Of a stretch of 64,000 nt of DNA, positions 23,005-36,100 are shown one piece after another (positions within the stretch are counted from its first letter, which is position 1; every line of letters begins with the position of its first letter). Below the pieces are notes generated by a model that saw only the letters and a list, made by a program, of their open reading frames with translations, did no database searches and was not told where the DNA came from. Source of the DNA: Callorhinchus milii (taxonomy: Eukaryota); NCBI RefSeq assembly GCF_018977255.1, contig NW_024704742.1, positions 72,170,001-72,234,000 of the forward strand. The letters are read 5' to 3'. The position numbers and the translations under genes are program-made.

Positions 23005-24635
23005 GCGGAGACACTGGTCGAGGAGCCATCGGGAAGATTGGAGCAAAAGTCAACCCTTCACCTGACTCCCACGGGACTGATGGATCGCTGGGTGTTTGGT
23101 AATGTGTGGACGAGAATTCCATCTGGGAACGGGATTAGTAATAATCCTTTCATTTGATATAGAGACTTATCACGTCATTGAGACGTTTCAAATTGCTTCA
23201 CGGAATATATTGTAAAGTGGATTGACTGCATTTTGTGGGCGAAATGTGGCAGCCAATTGCACACAGCAGTGACCCACAAACAGCTGTGGATTGAGTGACC
23301 ACTTTTTTTTTGGAGGGATTATTACTCACGGAAAGCGATCCGCCGATCGACTAACAACTGGGTTCCTACTTACTGCTAGCCAAACAGAGGCATGTGGAGT
23401 AAAGAAACTTGCCTAAGGGGTTGCCCCGCCCGGGAATTGAACTCGGGTCCTCTCGCTTGCAAGGCAAGCAAACTACAGGACTGCACAAGATTAGGAGTAA
23501 AGTTCTGTCCTAGACTGGGATTGAGAGCGGGGCTTTGCTCGGAGCTGGGCCTAGGAGCGGAGCTTTGCCTAGACACTGGGATCAGGCAATTGAGTCTAAT
23601 AGTTTAGGTTGCCAGATAACCAAGCTCACTAGAGCAGTTTAGTTCAATTATCCACTGCAAAGTGACAGAAAGGCAGATAGTTCCCTGAACAGCGGCCTCA
23701 CTACTCTCTTCCCAAATCTCTTCAAACAAGTCACAGCTACAGTGACCCACTGGTCAAATCGAAACCCACTTATTTTCTTAGCTTGCCTTCCTACAATTCT
23801 CACCAAAGCCATCTGCATTGTCTCACAGATACCATTTTCTTGTTTCACTTCTCATATTACAAAGACCATATATTTACACATTCCTTTTCTACATGACTGA
23901 CTGCACCAACAAACACAAGGACACCAGATAAGGAAAGAAAACATTAATTGGGGCTAGCAAGGTTACAAAGCAAACTTTACAGCAGAACAACAGCATAATG
24001 GTCAGTTCAACAAAGTTTCATCAGTCAATAGGAGTTTTGCTCAGAGGCTGGGATTGGGAGCAAAAGTTTGCTCAGAAGCCAGGGAATTTTTCAAGGAATT
24101 GTCACTGGTGGGGACTGAACTCAAAAAGGGCACTTTTATCCCACTGCTAGAAACATTAAACACAGATCTCTACAGATAAAGCAATGCTTCCTGTATTTGT
24201 TTCAAATCTTAAGATGATTAAAATAATATGAAAGCAGGAATCTATTAAGTAATAATCATGCAATGTCACAAATTATCAAATAATAGTCTGTAAAAAAAAG
24301 GTGACTGCTTGACCCATGCTGACGAATTCATTATTTAGTATTAATATTATGGAAGAGCAATTTACTGCTGGGAAATTCCTAGGGCTGGTGGAGATTCTCC
24401 CCACTATACATTAAAAAAAATGCCCTATCGGAGGCTGACTATCTGGGACGAGGCAACGTTCAGTGGTGGTTAGTTAATATTTGGGGTTTCATCCACAGCA
24501 GGAATGGGCTACAGTGAGGAAGAGGATGAAGATGATGACGATGATGATGAAGACTATGGGTCGGGGGATGAGTGTGAGGAAGATGAGGAACGCAGGGAGC
24601 AGGTCCCAGTCAGCACCTTCTGTGGGCTGCGGAGA
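23005..24635 (+). CDS. TTC31: TTC31-like gene, 5' exons 23005-23098 and 24499-24635 (second exon truncated)
   Basis: A phase-1 junction gives ...LMDRWVF-A-GMGYSEEEDEDDDDDDEDYGSGDECEEDEERREQVPVSTFCGLRR. An acidic stretch followed by TFCGLRR recalls human TTC31 'GTYCGLRKSFL', and TTC31 lies near HTRA2 on human 2p13. First in-frame ATG at 23080. The match is short and from memory. Confidence 0.55.
23140..23482 (-). mobile_element. tRNA-derived SINE, full length
   Basis: Head gtcctgtag...gagttcaattcccgggcgggg, family middle (tttactccacatgcctctgtttggctagcagtaag) and shared tail. Confidence 0.8.
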
Positions 24636-25477
24636 CTGAAGGGGTTTGGATAATGAATGGGTGGAGAGGAAAGAGAGCAGCTGGGAGGCAACAACTCGTT
24701 CAAGCACCTTGGACAAGAAGGGGAGGTTGGAGATGGGCCGGTAGCTTGATAGCTGAGACGCATCAAGGGAAGGTTTTTTCAAGGTGGGAGTGATGGTGGC
24801 AGTTTTTAAGGGAATGGGAACTGAGTTACGGGATTCCAGACTCTCACACACACACTCACTTTCTCTCTGACACACACACACTCATTCTCACACACTCGCT
24901 CTTACACAATGTCTCTCTGACTCACACTCAGTCTAGTGCCCTCTCTCTGTGTCTCTCAGCGTTTGTATTGCTTAGCCAGGTGTCTGACACATATGGAAAC
25001 CCTCTCTGTGCAGCGCAATCTCCAAAACAATCTGAGTCCACATAAGTATGCCTCCTGCACATGGAAATCTGTCTGGAATGGAATGTGCTCTCTCTCTCCC
25101 TGGAAAGCCACACCTGCCTAATGCCACACAGTATAACAGTACAGTATAAACTTCACATTTATAGGAATCCGGCTTGTTAGTCAATTGGCGGATCGCTTTT
25201 CTGGGGGTAATAATTCCCCCCCCCCAAAAAAAATTGGTCACTCAATCCATGACTGTTTGTGGGACACTGCTGTATGCAATTGGCTGCCGCGTTTCACCCA
25301 CAAAATATAAAGTCAATTCACTTTACAGTATATTCTGTGAAGCGCTTTGAGACTTCTCGAAAACTTGATAAGGCGCTATATCAAATACAAGGTTTATTAT
25401 TATTATTATTATATAGCTCCTCTCACATTGGGATGATGACCCAAAGCTGGAAACTCGAGTGAAGATGTGTGTGGGAG

Positions 25478-25828
25478 CTGTAAAGTGAATTGACTGTATA
25501 TTTTGTGGGCAAAACATGGCGGCGAATTGCGCACAGCGGTGCCCCACAAACAGTCGTGGATTGAAGTGACCAATTTATTATTTTTTTGAAGAAATTATTA
25601 CCCTCAGAAAAGCAATCCGCCAATCGACTAACAACTGGGTTGCAATTTACTGCTAGGTAAACAGAGGTGTGTGGAGTAAAGAAACTTGCTTAACATTTCT
25701 GAAAAGCACTATATCAAATGCAAGGATGATTATTATTATTATTATTATTATAACATTTCGCCCTGCCGGGAAACGAACCCAGGTCTCTCGTTTGCGAGGC
25801 GAGTGCTCTAACCACAGCTGCAGGACTG
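25478..25828 (-). mobile_element. tRNA-derived SINE with an inserted tail fragment
   Basis: Head gtcctgcagctgtggttagagcactcgcctcgcaaacgagagacctgggttcg on the minus strand, then the family middle. Confidence 0.75.
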
Positions 25829-26169
25829 CACAAAGTCAGGTTTAAAGAACAGGTGAGGATTGAAAAAGACACCAAAGTTCCACACCGGCTCCGTGAGGTG
25901 TAATCCGTGAAGACCGATGCTGTCAGTGCCCGAGGTGGGGAGGCGCTGATGGGAGCCAAGCAGGAAGACCTCAGTCTTTTCGAAAAAGTAAGCTCTCATC
26001 CAGGACTTGATGTCCCACAGGACAGCGCTGGTCCTGGAATCAATCTTTATCTCACCCTCATCTCTCTTCCCTCACTCTCGCTCTTCTTATCTCCACCCTT
26101 TCTTTCCCTCTCTATCCCCGTCTCTCAACCCCCTCCTTATTCCTATCACTTTCCTCTCTCTCCCCTACC

Positions 26170-26785
26170 AGACACACAAATACACAGTCTCCTTCACTCT
26201 CCCCCCCCCACACACACAGTCTCTCACCCGTCCCACACACGCGCACAGTCTCTCTCTCCGCCCCTCCACACACTCGCAGTCTCTTCCCCTCCTCCACACA
26301 CACACACAATCTCTCTCCTCCCCTCCCTACACAGTCTCTCTCCCCCTCCACACACACACAGTCTCAACCCCCTACACAGTCTCTCTCTCCACCCCACACA
26401 CACACACTCTCCCCAACACACACTCCCCCCACACTCACCCCCCCCACACACACAGTCCCCCCACACACACACTCTCTCCCCAACACACACTCCCCCATAC
26501 TCACCCCCCCACACATACACAGTCCCCCCACACTCCCCCCCCACACACACTCCCCCCACTCACCCCCCCCACACTCCCCCCCCACACTCCCCCCACACCC
26601 CCCCCACACTCCCCCCCCCCACTCACCCCCACACTCCCCCACACACACTCACCCCCCCACACCCCCCCACACTCCCCCCCCACTCCCCCCCCACACACAC
26701 ACTCCCCCCACTCACCCCCACACTCCCCCACACACACACTCCCCCCACACCCCCCCCACACACACAGTCCCCGCACACACTCCCC
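26170..26785. repeat. C/A-rich low-complexity tract
   Basis: ccccacacac(t/a) units. Confidence 0.85.
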
Positions 26786-26789
26786 CCGT

Positions 26790-27110
26790 CTCCCGCTCTG
26801 AGAGCCGCGCGAGGCCTCGCGTCCCTAGTGACGGAGGTGGAGACGGTGGAGCATGCGCACTGGAGGCGAGCGGCGGTAGCTGGGCATGCGCAGAGCGCGG
26901 CCGAGCGTGATGGCGGCGTCATGGCGGGTGAGAGGCTGCGGTGGGCCCGGGGGCGGCCCGGGGGCGGGGGGCGGCCCGGGGGCCGGGGGGGCGGCCCGGG
27001 GGCCGGGGGCGGCCCGGGGGGCGGCCCGGGGCCGGGGGGGGGCCGGGGGGGCGGCCCGGGGGCCAGGGGGGCGGCCCGGGGGGGCGGCCCGGGGGGGGGA
27101 GTGGGGGGTA
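26790..27110 (+). promoter_or_regulatory. ALMS1 CpG-island promoter region
   Basis: Two GCATGCGCA (NRF1-like) sites at about 26851 and 26884, ATGGCGGCG (YY1-like), and a G-rich ggcccgggg repeat at the start of intron 1. Confidence 0.65.
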
Positions 27111-30100
27111 ATGGCGCCATAGGTAAATGTAACTTGTCTGTTGTTGTCACCGTATGTCAGAGTCACCACACTCCCCACCACACTCCCCAGCCACCCCGGA
27201 CACAGCCCCGGGAGCCCCCCTCCCCCCCCACCCCCCCTCACAACCTGGACCCCCCCTCCCCTCCCTCCCACACACCCCTCTGTCAACCGCTCCCTCCACA
27301 TCGGACGGCCGCTCCCTCTGTAAGAATAATAATAATAATAATCCTTGCATTTGATATAGCGCTTTTCACGTCGGGAGGACGTCCCAAAGCGCTTCACGGA
27401 ACACACTGTAAAGTGAATTGACTGTATATTTGTGGGCGAACGCGGCAGCCAATTGCGCACAGCAATGTCCCACAAACAGTCGTAGATTGAAAATGACCAA
27501 TTTATTATTGTTTTGTTTTGGAGGGAACAAGGCCCTGGTCATCAACGATCTCATCCTTGATGAGAGCGTCGACATCATGGCCTTAACAGAAACGTGGCTC
27601 ACCCCAAGTCACACCTTCCCCCTCACGGAGGCCACACCACCCGACTATACCTCCCACCACATCCCTCGCCCCAACCGCCGTGGCGGTGGTGTTGCCCTTA
27701 TCTCAAGGACACCACTTGCCCTATCCCCCTACTCCTCTGGCTCTTTCCCCTCCTTTGAGCACCTCACCCTCTCCCACCCCTCATTCCTCTCCCTTAAAAT
27801 CCTCCTCCTCTACCGGCCCCCTAAAACCTCTCCCACCTTCATCTCCGATATTTCTACACTACTTACATCTCTCTGCCTCTGCTCTGATCGCCTCATCATC
27901 CTGGGCGACTTCAACCTGCACTTCACCCCCTCCTGCTCCATCTCCTCAGACTTCTCTTCCCTGCTCTCCTCGCTCAACCTCCCCTCCACATCAACTCCCC
28001 CACTCACAGTCACGGCCACCCACTCGACTTGGTGATCACCCGGGGCCTCAGTGTCTCGGATGTCACTATCACCGACAAGGCCGTCTCCGACCACCACTTC
28101 ATCTCCTTCACCACCTCCACCCCCCTCCCCACCTCCACCAGACCCACCACCATCTTCTACCGCCCCTGGAAGAAGTTACCCCCACAATCCCTAACCACTG
28201 CCTTGGAGTCCTCTGAACTCCTCTCCCTCTGGCCTTCAACCCTCACTGACCCCTCTTCTCCTCTCACCCTCCTCCACAACACCCTCTCCTCCACACTCGA
28301 CACTCTTGCCCCCATCACCTCCCGTACTGTCTCCTACTCTCGCTCCTCCCCCTGGTTCACCACCCACCTCCGCTCACTGAAAAGCCAGGTGCGGGCCGCT
28401 GAACGCACCTGTCAAATCTGGCCTAACGGTCCACCGACAAATCTGGCTGGACCTCCTCAAAATCTACCGCTCCACTCTAGCCTCGGCCAAGTCGTCCTTC
28501 TACTCCAGGATAATCCTGGAGGCGAAGAACAACCCCAGGCTACTGTTTTCTACCACATCCCGACTCCTCCGTCCCCCCCGCCACCCCGCGCAGGTCATCT
28601 CCTCCAACCTTCACTGCGAGGAGATGCTGGATTTCCTTGGTAATCCAAAATCAAGGGAATTTGCTCTGCGTCACTTCCCCTCCAACATCCACCCACCCCC
28701 CTCCCTCCCTCCCACACTCCGACTCCTACCCATCCTCCCCTACACACCTTCGTACCCGTTTCCCCACCCTCTGTCACCAACCTCATCCTATCCCTGAAAC
28801 CCACCACCTGCTCCCTTGACCCCATCCCCACTCCACTCCTTATCTCCCAGCTCCACCTCCTTGCCCCACATATCACAGACATCGTCAACCTGTCCCTCTC
28901 CTCTGGCTCTGTCCCATTCCCCTAAAAACTGCCATCATCACTCCCACTTTGAAAAAACCCTCCCTTGATGCGTCGCAGCTATCAAGCTACCGGCCCATCT
29001 CCAACCTCCCCTTCCTGTCCAAGGTCCTTGAAAGAGTTGTCGCCTCCCAGCTGCGCTCTTTCCTCTCCACCCATTCATTATTCGAACCCCTTCAGTCAGG
29101 TTTCCGTGCTGCCAATAGCACAGAAGCTGCCCTGGTCAAGGTCACCAATGACATCTTGACCATCTGTGACCAGGGCTCCCTCTGCCTCCTCGTCCTCCTC
29201 GAACAGGCGCTGACAGCATCAGCATCCAAGGCTGCACTCTCCACCTCTCAAAGCCATCAGGAACCTCGGGGTTCTGTTCGACCCTGAGCTGTCGTTTCTC
29301 CCTCATATCCACACCACAACTGGCACCGCCTTCCATCACCTCCGGAATATCGCCAGACTACGGCATTACCTAACCCCTCACGCTGCTGAAACTCTGGTCC
29401 ACGCCTTTATCACCTCAAGGCTGGACTATGGGAACTCTCTCCTCGCCGGCCTTCCCGCCACCTCCCTCCACACTGCAGGTCATTCAGACCTCTGCAGCTC
29501 GTGTACTGTCCCGCACCAGACACCGCGACCACATCACTCCCACCCTCGCTCGCCTCCACTGGCTCCCCATCCCCAGAGGATCGAATTCAAGATCCTCATC
29601 CTCACCTACAAGGCCATTCACGGCCTCGCTCCCTCCTACCTCTCCGACCTACTATCCCCCTACCTACCTGCCCGTACCCTCCGTTCCTCTGGCTCCGGTC
29701 TGCTCCACATCCCCCGCTCCAACCGCCCTACCATCGGTGGTCAGGCCTTCAGCCTCTCAGCCCCGAGGCTCTGGAATTGCATCCCCCAGTGCCTTCGCCA
29801 CTTCCTCCCTTTCCTCCTTCAAGGCCGGTCTTAAGACCTTTCTCTTCGACCGTGCCTTCAGCTCCCCTCTCGACTCTCTACCCCCTCCTCGCCCCCTCCC
29901 TTCCCTCCCCTCGACCATTTCCCTCCTCGCTCCCGCCCTTCCCTCCCCTCACCATTTCCCCCCTTCTCGGGTCCTGACCCAACTGTCCAGCGCCTTGGGA
30001 CGTCCTCCCAACGTGAAAGGCGCTCTGTAAATGGAATCTTTTTGTTGTGAGTGTGTGTGTGTGATGGCCGGTGTGTGGGTAATGGGTAGTGTGTAACTGC

Positions 30101-33100
30101 TGGTGTTTTGCAGGCGATTGCGACCACGCCGCCGTGCCGAGGGGAGGAGCGGAGCAGCGGGAACAGCAGCCCTGGTAGTGGCACACTCGGCTCCAGTCTG
30201 AGTGGCTTCTCCTTGGGGGAGGCCATTGTCCACACAGCCACACAGGTACTGTCTCTGCAGCACACACTGTGCCGGGAGGGGACGGGTCTGGGGCATGGCT
30301 GGGGTGGGTGGGCAACGGCTTGGTATCTGCCTGCTCTTCAAGCTGTGTGTTCTACCATAACGTATTAGTTAGTACACTCGCCTGACAAGTGAGAGGATGG
30401 GTTCAATTCCAGGGCGGGGCAAAACCTTAGGCAAGTTTCCTTTCTCCATAGGTGTCTTTTTACCGTTTAAATAAGAACTCGGTTGTTAGTCGATTGGCAG
30501 ATCGCTTTCCAGGGGTAATAATCCCTAAAAAAAAAATTTTTGTCACTCAATCCACAGCTGTTTGTGGGACACTGCTGTGTGCAATTGGTTGCCGGGTTTC
30601 GCCCAGAAAATATACAATCAATCCACTTTACAGTAAATTCTGTGAAGCGCTTTCAGATGTCTGAATGAAGTGATAAGGCATTATATTAAATGCAAGGATT
30701 ATTATTTGCAGGACATGGAGGCCTGGAGCCAGCTGCAGGCGGGCGGTGATGCTGGGCGGGTGGCTGTACTGCGGACCGGTGCTGGGAGGGAGCAGCCGGC
30801 TAGTGAGTGGCCCACCCTTGAAGAGGGAATGATTAGCGTTACTGAAGCGTCGCTGGTGACAGAGACCCAGGCCCGGCCGACGGCTCTGATCGGTGAGTGA
30901 AGGCATGACCCCGGCGGGGGGTGGGGCTGTCTACAAAGTCCTGTTACTCCCATATTTGACCCAACAACTGAAACGTGGAAGAATGATGATAATTGTATTT
31001 AGAAGTACTTCACTGTATTCAGTACAAGTGTTTAACTGTATTTTGACGTCCAGAGGATCCTTGTGAATGAACAGCATAATTTTCGTGGCAGATACTCATT
31101 CATCGCCATGTTTGGTGCCACATCTTTTGTAACATGGTTGGAATGAGGAGGTGAAATACATCTCCGACAGCTTGTTTCAGCTCCTCCGTCGTCTTACTTC
31201 ACTATTTTATGACAGGGTCTAACAAGATTTTGAGGACAAATTGTACATACAGCCGTGTGCTGGGCTGTGTATGGTTTGGGTTGAACTATGCGCCTCAGTG
31301 GTAGCACTCTCAACTCTGAGTCAGAACGTAGTGGACACTGCAGTGCAGCGCTGGGGGTGTTGCATTGCCGGAGGTGCCGTCCTTCGGATGAGATGTTAAA
31401 GTGAGGTCCCATCTGCCTATTCAGCTGGACGTTAAAGATCCCATGGCACTATTTGAAAAGAGAAGGGAGTTTGTCTCCCGGTGTCCTAGCTAACAATTCC
31501 CAAAATAGAATTGGTCACTCACTTCATGGTTGCCTGTGGGCCATTGGTGTGTGCAGTCGGCTGCCCCATTTGCCTACAAATACACAAGTCACCACAATTC
31601 AAGTAAATCCTGCGAAGCACTTTGAAATGTCCTTACAATGTGATGAAGCTCTGTATCAAATGCAAGTATTATTATTATTATGCTGTCATGTTGTGTGAGG
31701 TGTGGCGCTCTCCTGTTGCCGAGTGTGTGGTCCTTGCCCACGGCTCACTTACTCTCTCTCTCGCTCCCTCCCTCCCCGGCAGAGCTGCAGGACAGTCGTC
31801 TGACACCAGCTCTTCCACTTCTTGCCTCGTGTCCCACCGTAGACCGTGATCGAGAGCGCGGTGTCCTGTCCGAAACTGGGTACGAGTGCACACCGCTAAG
31901 CTTCCTCTCTCTGAGGTAAGTCACAGGAAACAAACAGTCTCCCTGTCTCTCCTTTATACTTTATACCTCACAACCTATCTGTAACCCGGGCTGTGGCTGA
32001 CCTGGGAGTGTGGACGATGTAGAGGGACCCTTTCCCTCTCTAACTTGTGCTGTCACTGACCCGGGAGTGCGGATGGACATTGTAGAGGGAGTGTCACTGT
32101 GTGTCTAAGTGGTGCTGTGGCGAACTGTCAGTGTCTGGGCTGACTGTGTGTTTGTGTTTACAGGGCAGCTCCTGACCTCTCGGCAACGCTGTGTAAGGGA
32201 TATTCTCAAGCCTTCCAGTCGGGAGACTCTGTGTACACAGCCGTTTCTGAGCTGTCGTGTGACTTTGTGAGAGGCCGTCTGCGTGAGCGCTCGCTGGGGG
32301 TGAGCACGGCCCTCACCGGAGAAGCCAGTCTCTGCTCCCTCTCCCAGCATTCCTTCCCCCTCGCCAGCCCTGCCTCCAATCTATCCACCAGCTCCAGCCC
32401 TACCTCCGCCCCCATCCCATTCCGCAGCTCCAGCCCGCCTCCACCCCCATCCCAACCCCCAGCTCCAGCCCCGCCCCCGCCCCCATCCCATCGCCCAGCT
32501 CCAGGCCCGCCTCCACCCCCATCCCATCCCCCATCCCATCCCCCAGCTCCAGCATTGCCCCCATCCCACCCTTCAGCTCCAGCCCATCCGTCAGCCCCGC
32601 CCCCAACCCAAGCCGCTCTCACAGCCCCTCCCACAGCTTCAGCCGTGCCCCCAGACCTGCCTCCAGCTCAGTCTCCGAGGGGGGTGACGAGACCAGCTTT
32701 GTGGAACTGCTTGGCTGTTCCGACAGGAGAGTGGCGAGTGAAGCTGGCGTGCCACAGCGCGGCCCCCTAGCAGAGTCTGGCCCCTCAGCTCAGCCCGGCA
32801 CCTCGGCACAGTTCCCAGCACAGCCCGAGCTCAGAGCAGAGCTGGGCTCAGCGCTTGGCAATGTTCTGCAGGCAGCCAGCGACTGGCAAGAACTGGGAGC
32901 ATCCAGCCACGACCAGAGTCCAGGAGCGTCGCCTCTATTCGTTCCAAATGCCTACACTAGCCGGGGCGGCATCACAGGCGAGATGCGGGGTGGAGGGGAG
33001 AGGCTTGGCCATTCCTGGCTCCCGGCCACCCTCCCCGGGCCTCTCTGCCAGTCCACTCCCAGCACATTCCTGCCCATCACCAGGACGGGAATGCTGAATC

Positions 33101-36100
33101 AAACCGTCGAGCACCTGGCGAAGGGAGCGGTCGTCTCTCCCGAGCCTTCGCCCCAGCTCTCGCTGTCCCCAGACCAAGCTGAGCCGGGGCGGCAGGGATC
33201 CAGCCTGGGCTATACAGAGAGGGTGGGGGTCTGTGCTGGGCAGTGGGGCATGGGGCGACCCAGCTTTGACAGCCTGGTGCTGCGGGGGCTGCGAGGAGAG
33301 TCTCCCCGGCGCCGGGCCTACAGTGCCATTGCTCATTCCCTCAATCACATCCTGTCCCAGGGTGGTGGGGAACCTGTGGCCGAGCACTGGCACAGAAGGT
33401 CTGGGGGTGGGTCACTGGGAGCGGCCCCGTCCCCACCCGCCCGGGCTCCGCAGCTCAACATCAGTGGCAATGCGGGGGGAGGGGCCAGCAACTCCCCGGG
33501 CTCCCGGTTTGATTTCTCTGCTTGCCCGTCCGGGCTCGGTGTTCCTGATCCCAGCTCCTCTCTGTCCGTCTTCGCCGTTTCTGATCCCGGTACCTCTCTC
33601 CCCGGGCTCAGTCTCAGCGTTCCTGAACCCGGCACCTCATTCCTCGCGCTCGGCGTTCCTGATCCCGGCACCTCACTCCTCGGGCTCAGTGTTCCTGATC
33701 CTGGCACCTCACTCCTCGGGCTCAGCGTTCCTGATCCTGGCACCTCACTCCTCGGGCTCAGCGTTCCTGATCCTGGCACCTCACTCCTCGGGCTCAGCGT
33801 TCCTGATCCCGGCACCTCACTCCTCGGGCTCGGCCTTCCTGAATCCGGCACCTCTCTCCCTGGGCTCGGTGTTCTGGATCCCGGCACCTCTCTTGCATGG
33901 CGGAGCAGGAGTCAGAGTCTCCCGGAGCACGTCACTGGCAGACAACACCGTGGTGAGGACACTCCGCTCCCCAGCACAGAGCCGGGCGTGACATCCCTGG
34001 ACACCAGCCGGGCAGACGAGCCCACAGTGAGCAGCACTACTGGACGAGCCTCGGCCCAGTCACTAACCAGCTTGGAGGTGGATAACTACTCACCGCACTG
34101 GGGCGACCCCGCACCTCTCCTCACCCCCCCGCTCCCCACCACTGACATCGAGCAACGCATCCCGGTAGGTACCCCTCCAACCCTCTCCGTATGGGACAGT
34201 GTTCGTCTGGGCTGGGAGAGTGATAGTCTGGGCTGGGACAGTGTTAGTCTGGGCTGGGAGAGTGATAGTCTGGGCTGGTCTGGGAACGTGTTAGTCTGGA
34301 TTACGACAGTGTTAGTCTGGGCTGGTCTGGGACTGTGTTAGTCTGGGTTATGACAGTATTAGTCTGGGCTGATAAGGGCAGAGGGAACTGGATGAAGGAT
34401 TTATTCGGGGAGCAGTTGGCTAAATTATGTTGTAACGTCTTTCCATCTGGGACGTCTTTCCAACATGAATGGTGCTATAAAAGTGTAATTTGTTGTTGTG
34501 TCTGTTGTAATTCCCTGGGTTCCTTATAATATTTCTGGTTGTCCTGCTTTAGTTTTACCTTTGGAATCTCGGCATTCATCAGTCTCCGACCAGCATCCTG
34601 ACAACTGAAATCCCCCCGCCTCCAGTGCTTTCGGACCCTTGGGGGCTGGGAATCTCCAAAGATTTGGACACAGTGACCAAGAAATTACTGGGAAGTGAAG
34701 GTAAGATTCCCTGGTGTCTGTGTGAGTCTGACTGTCCTGCCTTGTCTGCAGGGTGGGAAATTGGGATGTGAAAGATGTAATTGATCTGATCAGTGGTGGG
34801 ATTGGCTGAATGGCCTCCTCTTGCTTGTGAGATGACAAATAACCAAATAGCAGCTCTCCTCCAGGGGAGTGGGTAAAGAGGATCTCCTTGCAGCTGAACT
34901 GGGTACAAGGTGACGTTCCTGGCAATGGAATGTCAGAATCAACAGGGAATCTCTAGTCGAATTCTGAACCAGGAGGGCCTCAGTATTCCAGGGCACTGTT
35001 GAGACAGCACAGCCCAGCCTGGCTCATCGGCAGGATTTAGAAGGGCAGACCAGTCACTGGGGCAGGGAATCCTCCCACTTAGCTCCTGTTAACCATGCAA
35101 GCCAAAGCCTTAACGGGTAGGATGGTCCCAGTTGGACAAGTAATGGGAAAGCTTGTTAGACAGCACTATCAATGGCAAGCTAAATGGGTTTAGCTGGTTA
35201 GACTCCAGCTGTTACCCCAACGCACACTTTGGGATCTCCAAGCTATGGCTTTCGCTTACGTGCGCTTGAAATTCTTTGGAATTAGATAAACAGGAGGCGT
35301 CCCTCCAGCGAGACGAGAGAGTGTTCATTCTGGTCCAGTCACGGGGATATTTCCATGTGTAGGAGGCGTACACATGTGGAACTTTCAGTCTGGATTCGAG
35401 AGTCTAAAGCACTGTGATGGACTTCGGTGTGTGCCAGACACTGGCTGATCACGGTGACGGGTTTCCGTGTGTGTCAGACACTGAATCACTCTGTCTCTCT
35501 GTCCTGCAGGCGAGTCTCCTCTGGACACCGGCTCCAGATGCAGCTTCCACTCTGACACCCTGACACACAGCATGTCCATCGGTCGGAACTCCGAGGACCA
35601 GGGATACAGCCCTGTGCCATCTCCCCCTGCGGGGTCCCTGCACCCCAAACCCTCGCCCCCCTCAGCTGACATGGCCATCCCCGGCCTGGTTCAGATGGAG
35701 AGTCTGATGGTGGAGCTGGAGCAGAAACATCAGGGTAGCCCAGGGGCCCCGGGCTCCCAGCACCCCGGGGCTGAGGACTCCTTTGTGGGCTCACACACAC
35801 TGAGTGAGATCCGCAAGCTGCTGGGGGGAGTGGGGGAGGGGCCGCCCTCCCTATCGCTGGTGGGGGGCGGTGGGAGCCGGCAGGACATGGATGCTGGGAC
35901 ACTCCGCGCACCAGGGTCGGCACAGGGGCCATCCCTGAACGCCAGGGGCCAGGCTCTCTCTCCACAGAGAACCCATACAGCAGCCTCTCTGAGGAGTGTG
36001 GGGCGAGCAGAACCCGAGGGTTGCAGCGGCGGGACCACAGCCCAGCCACACCCCCTCCTCCAGGGCCAGCCTGCCCACATACCCCTCCAAAACCAGCCTG

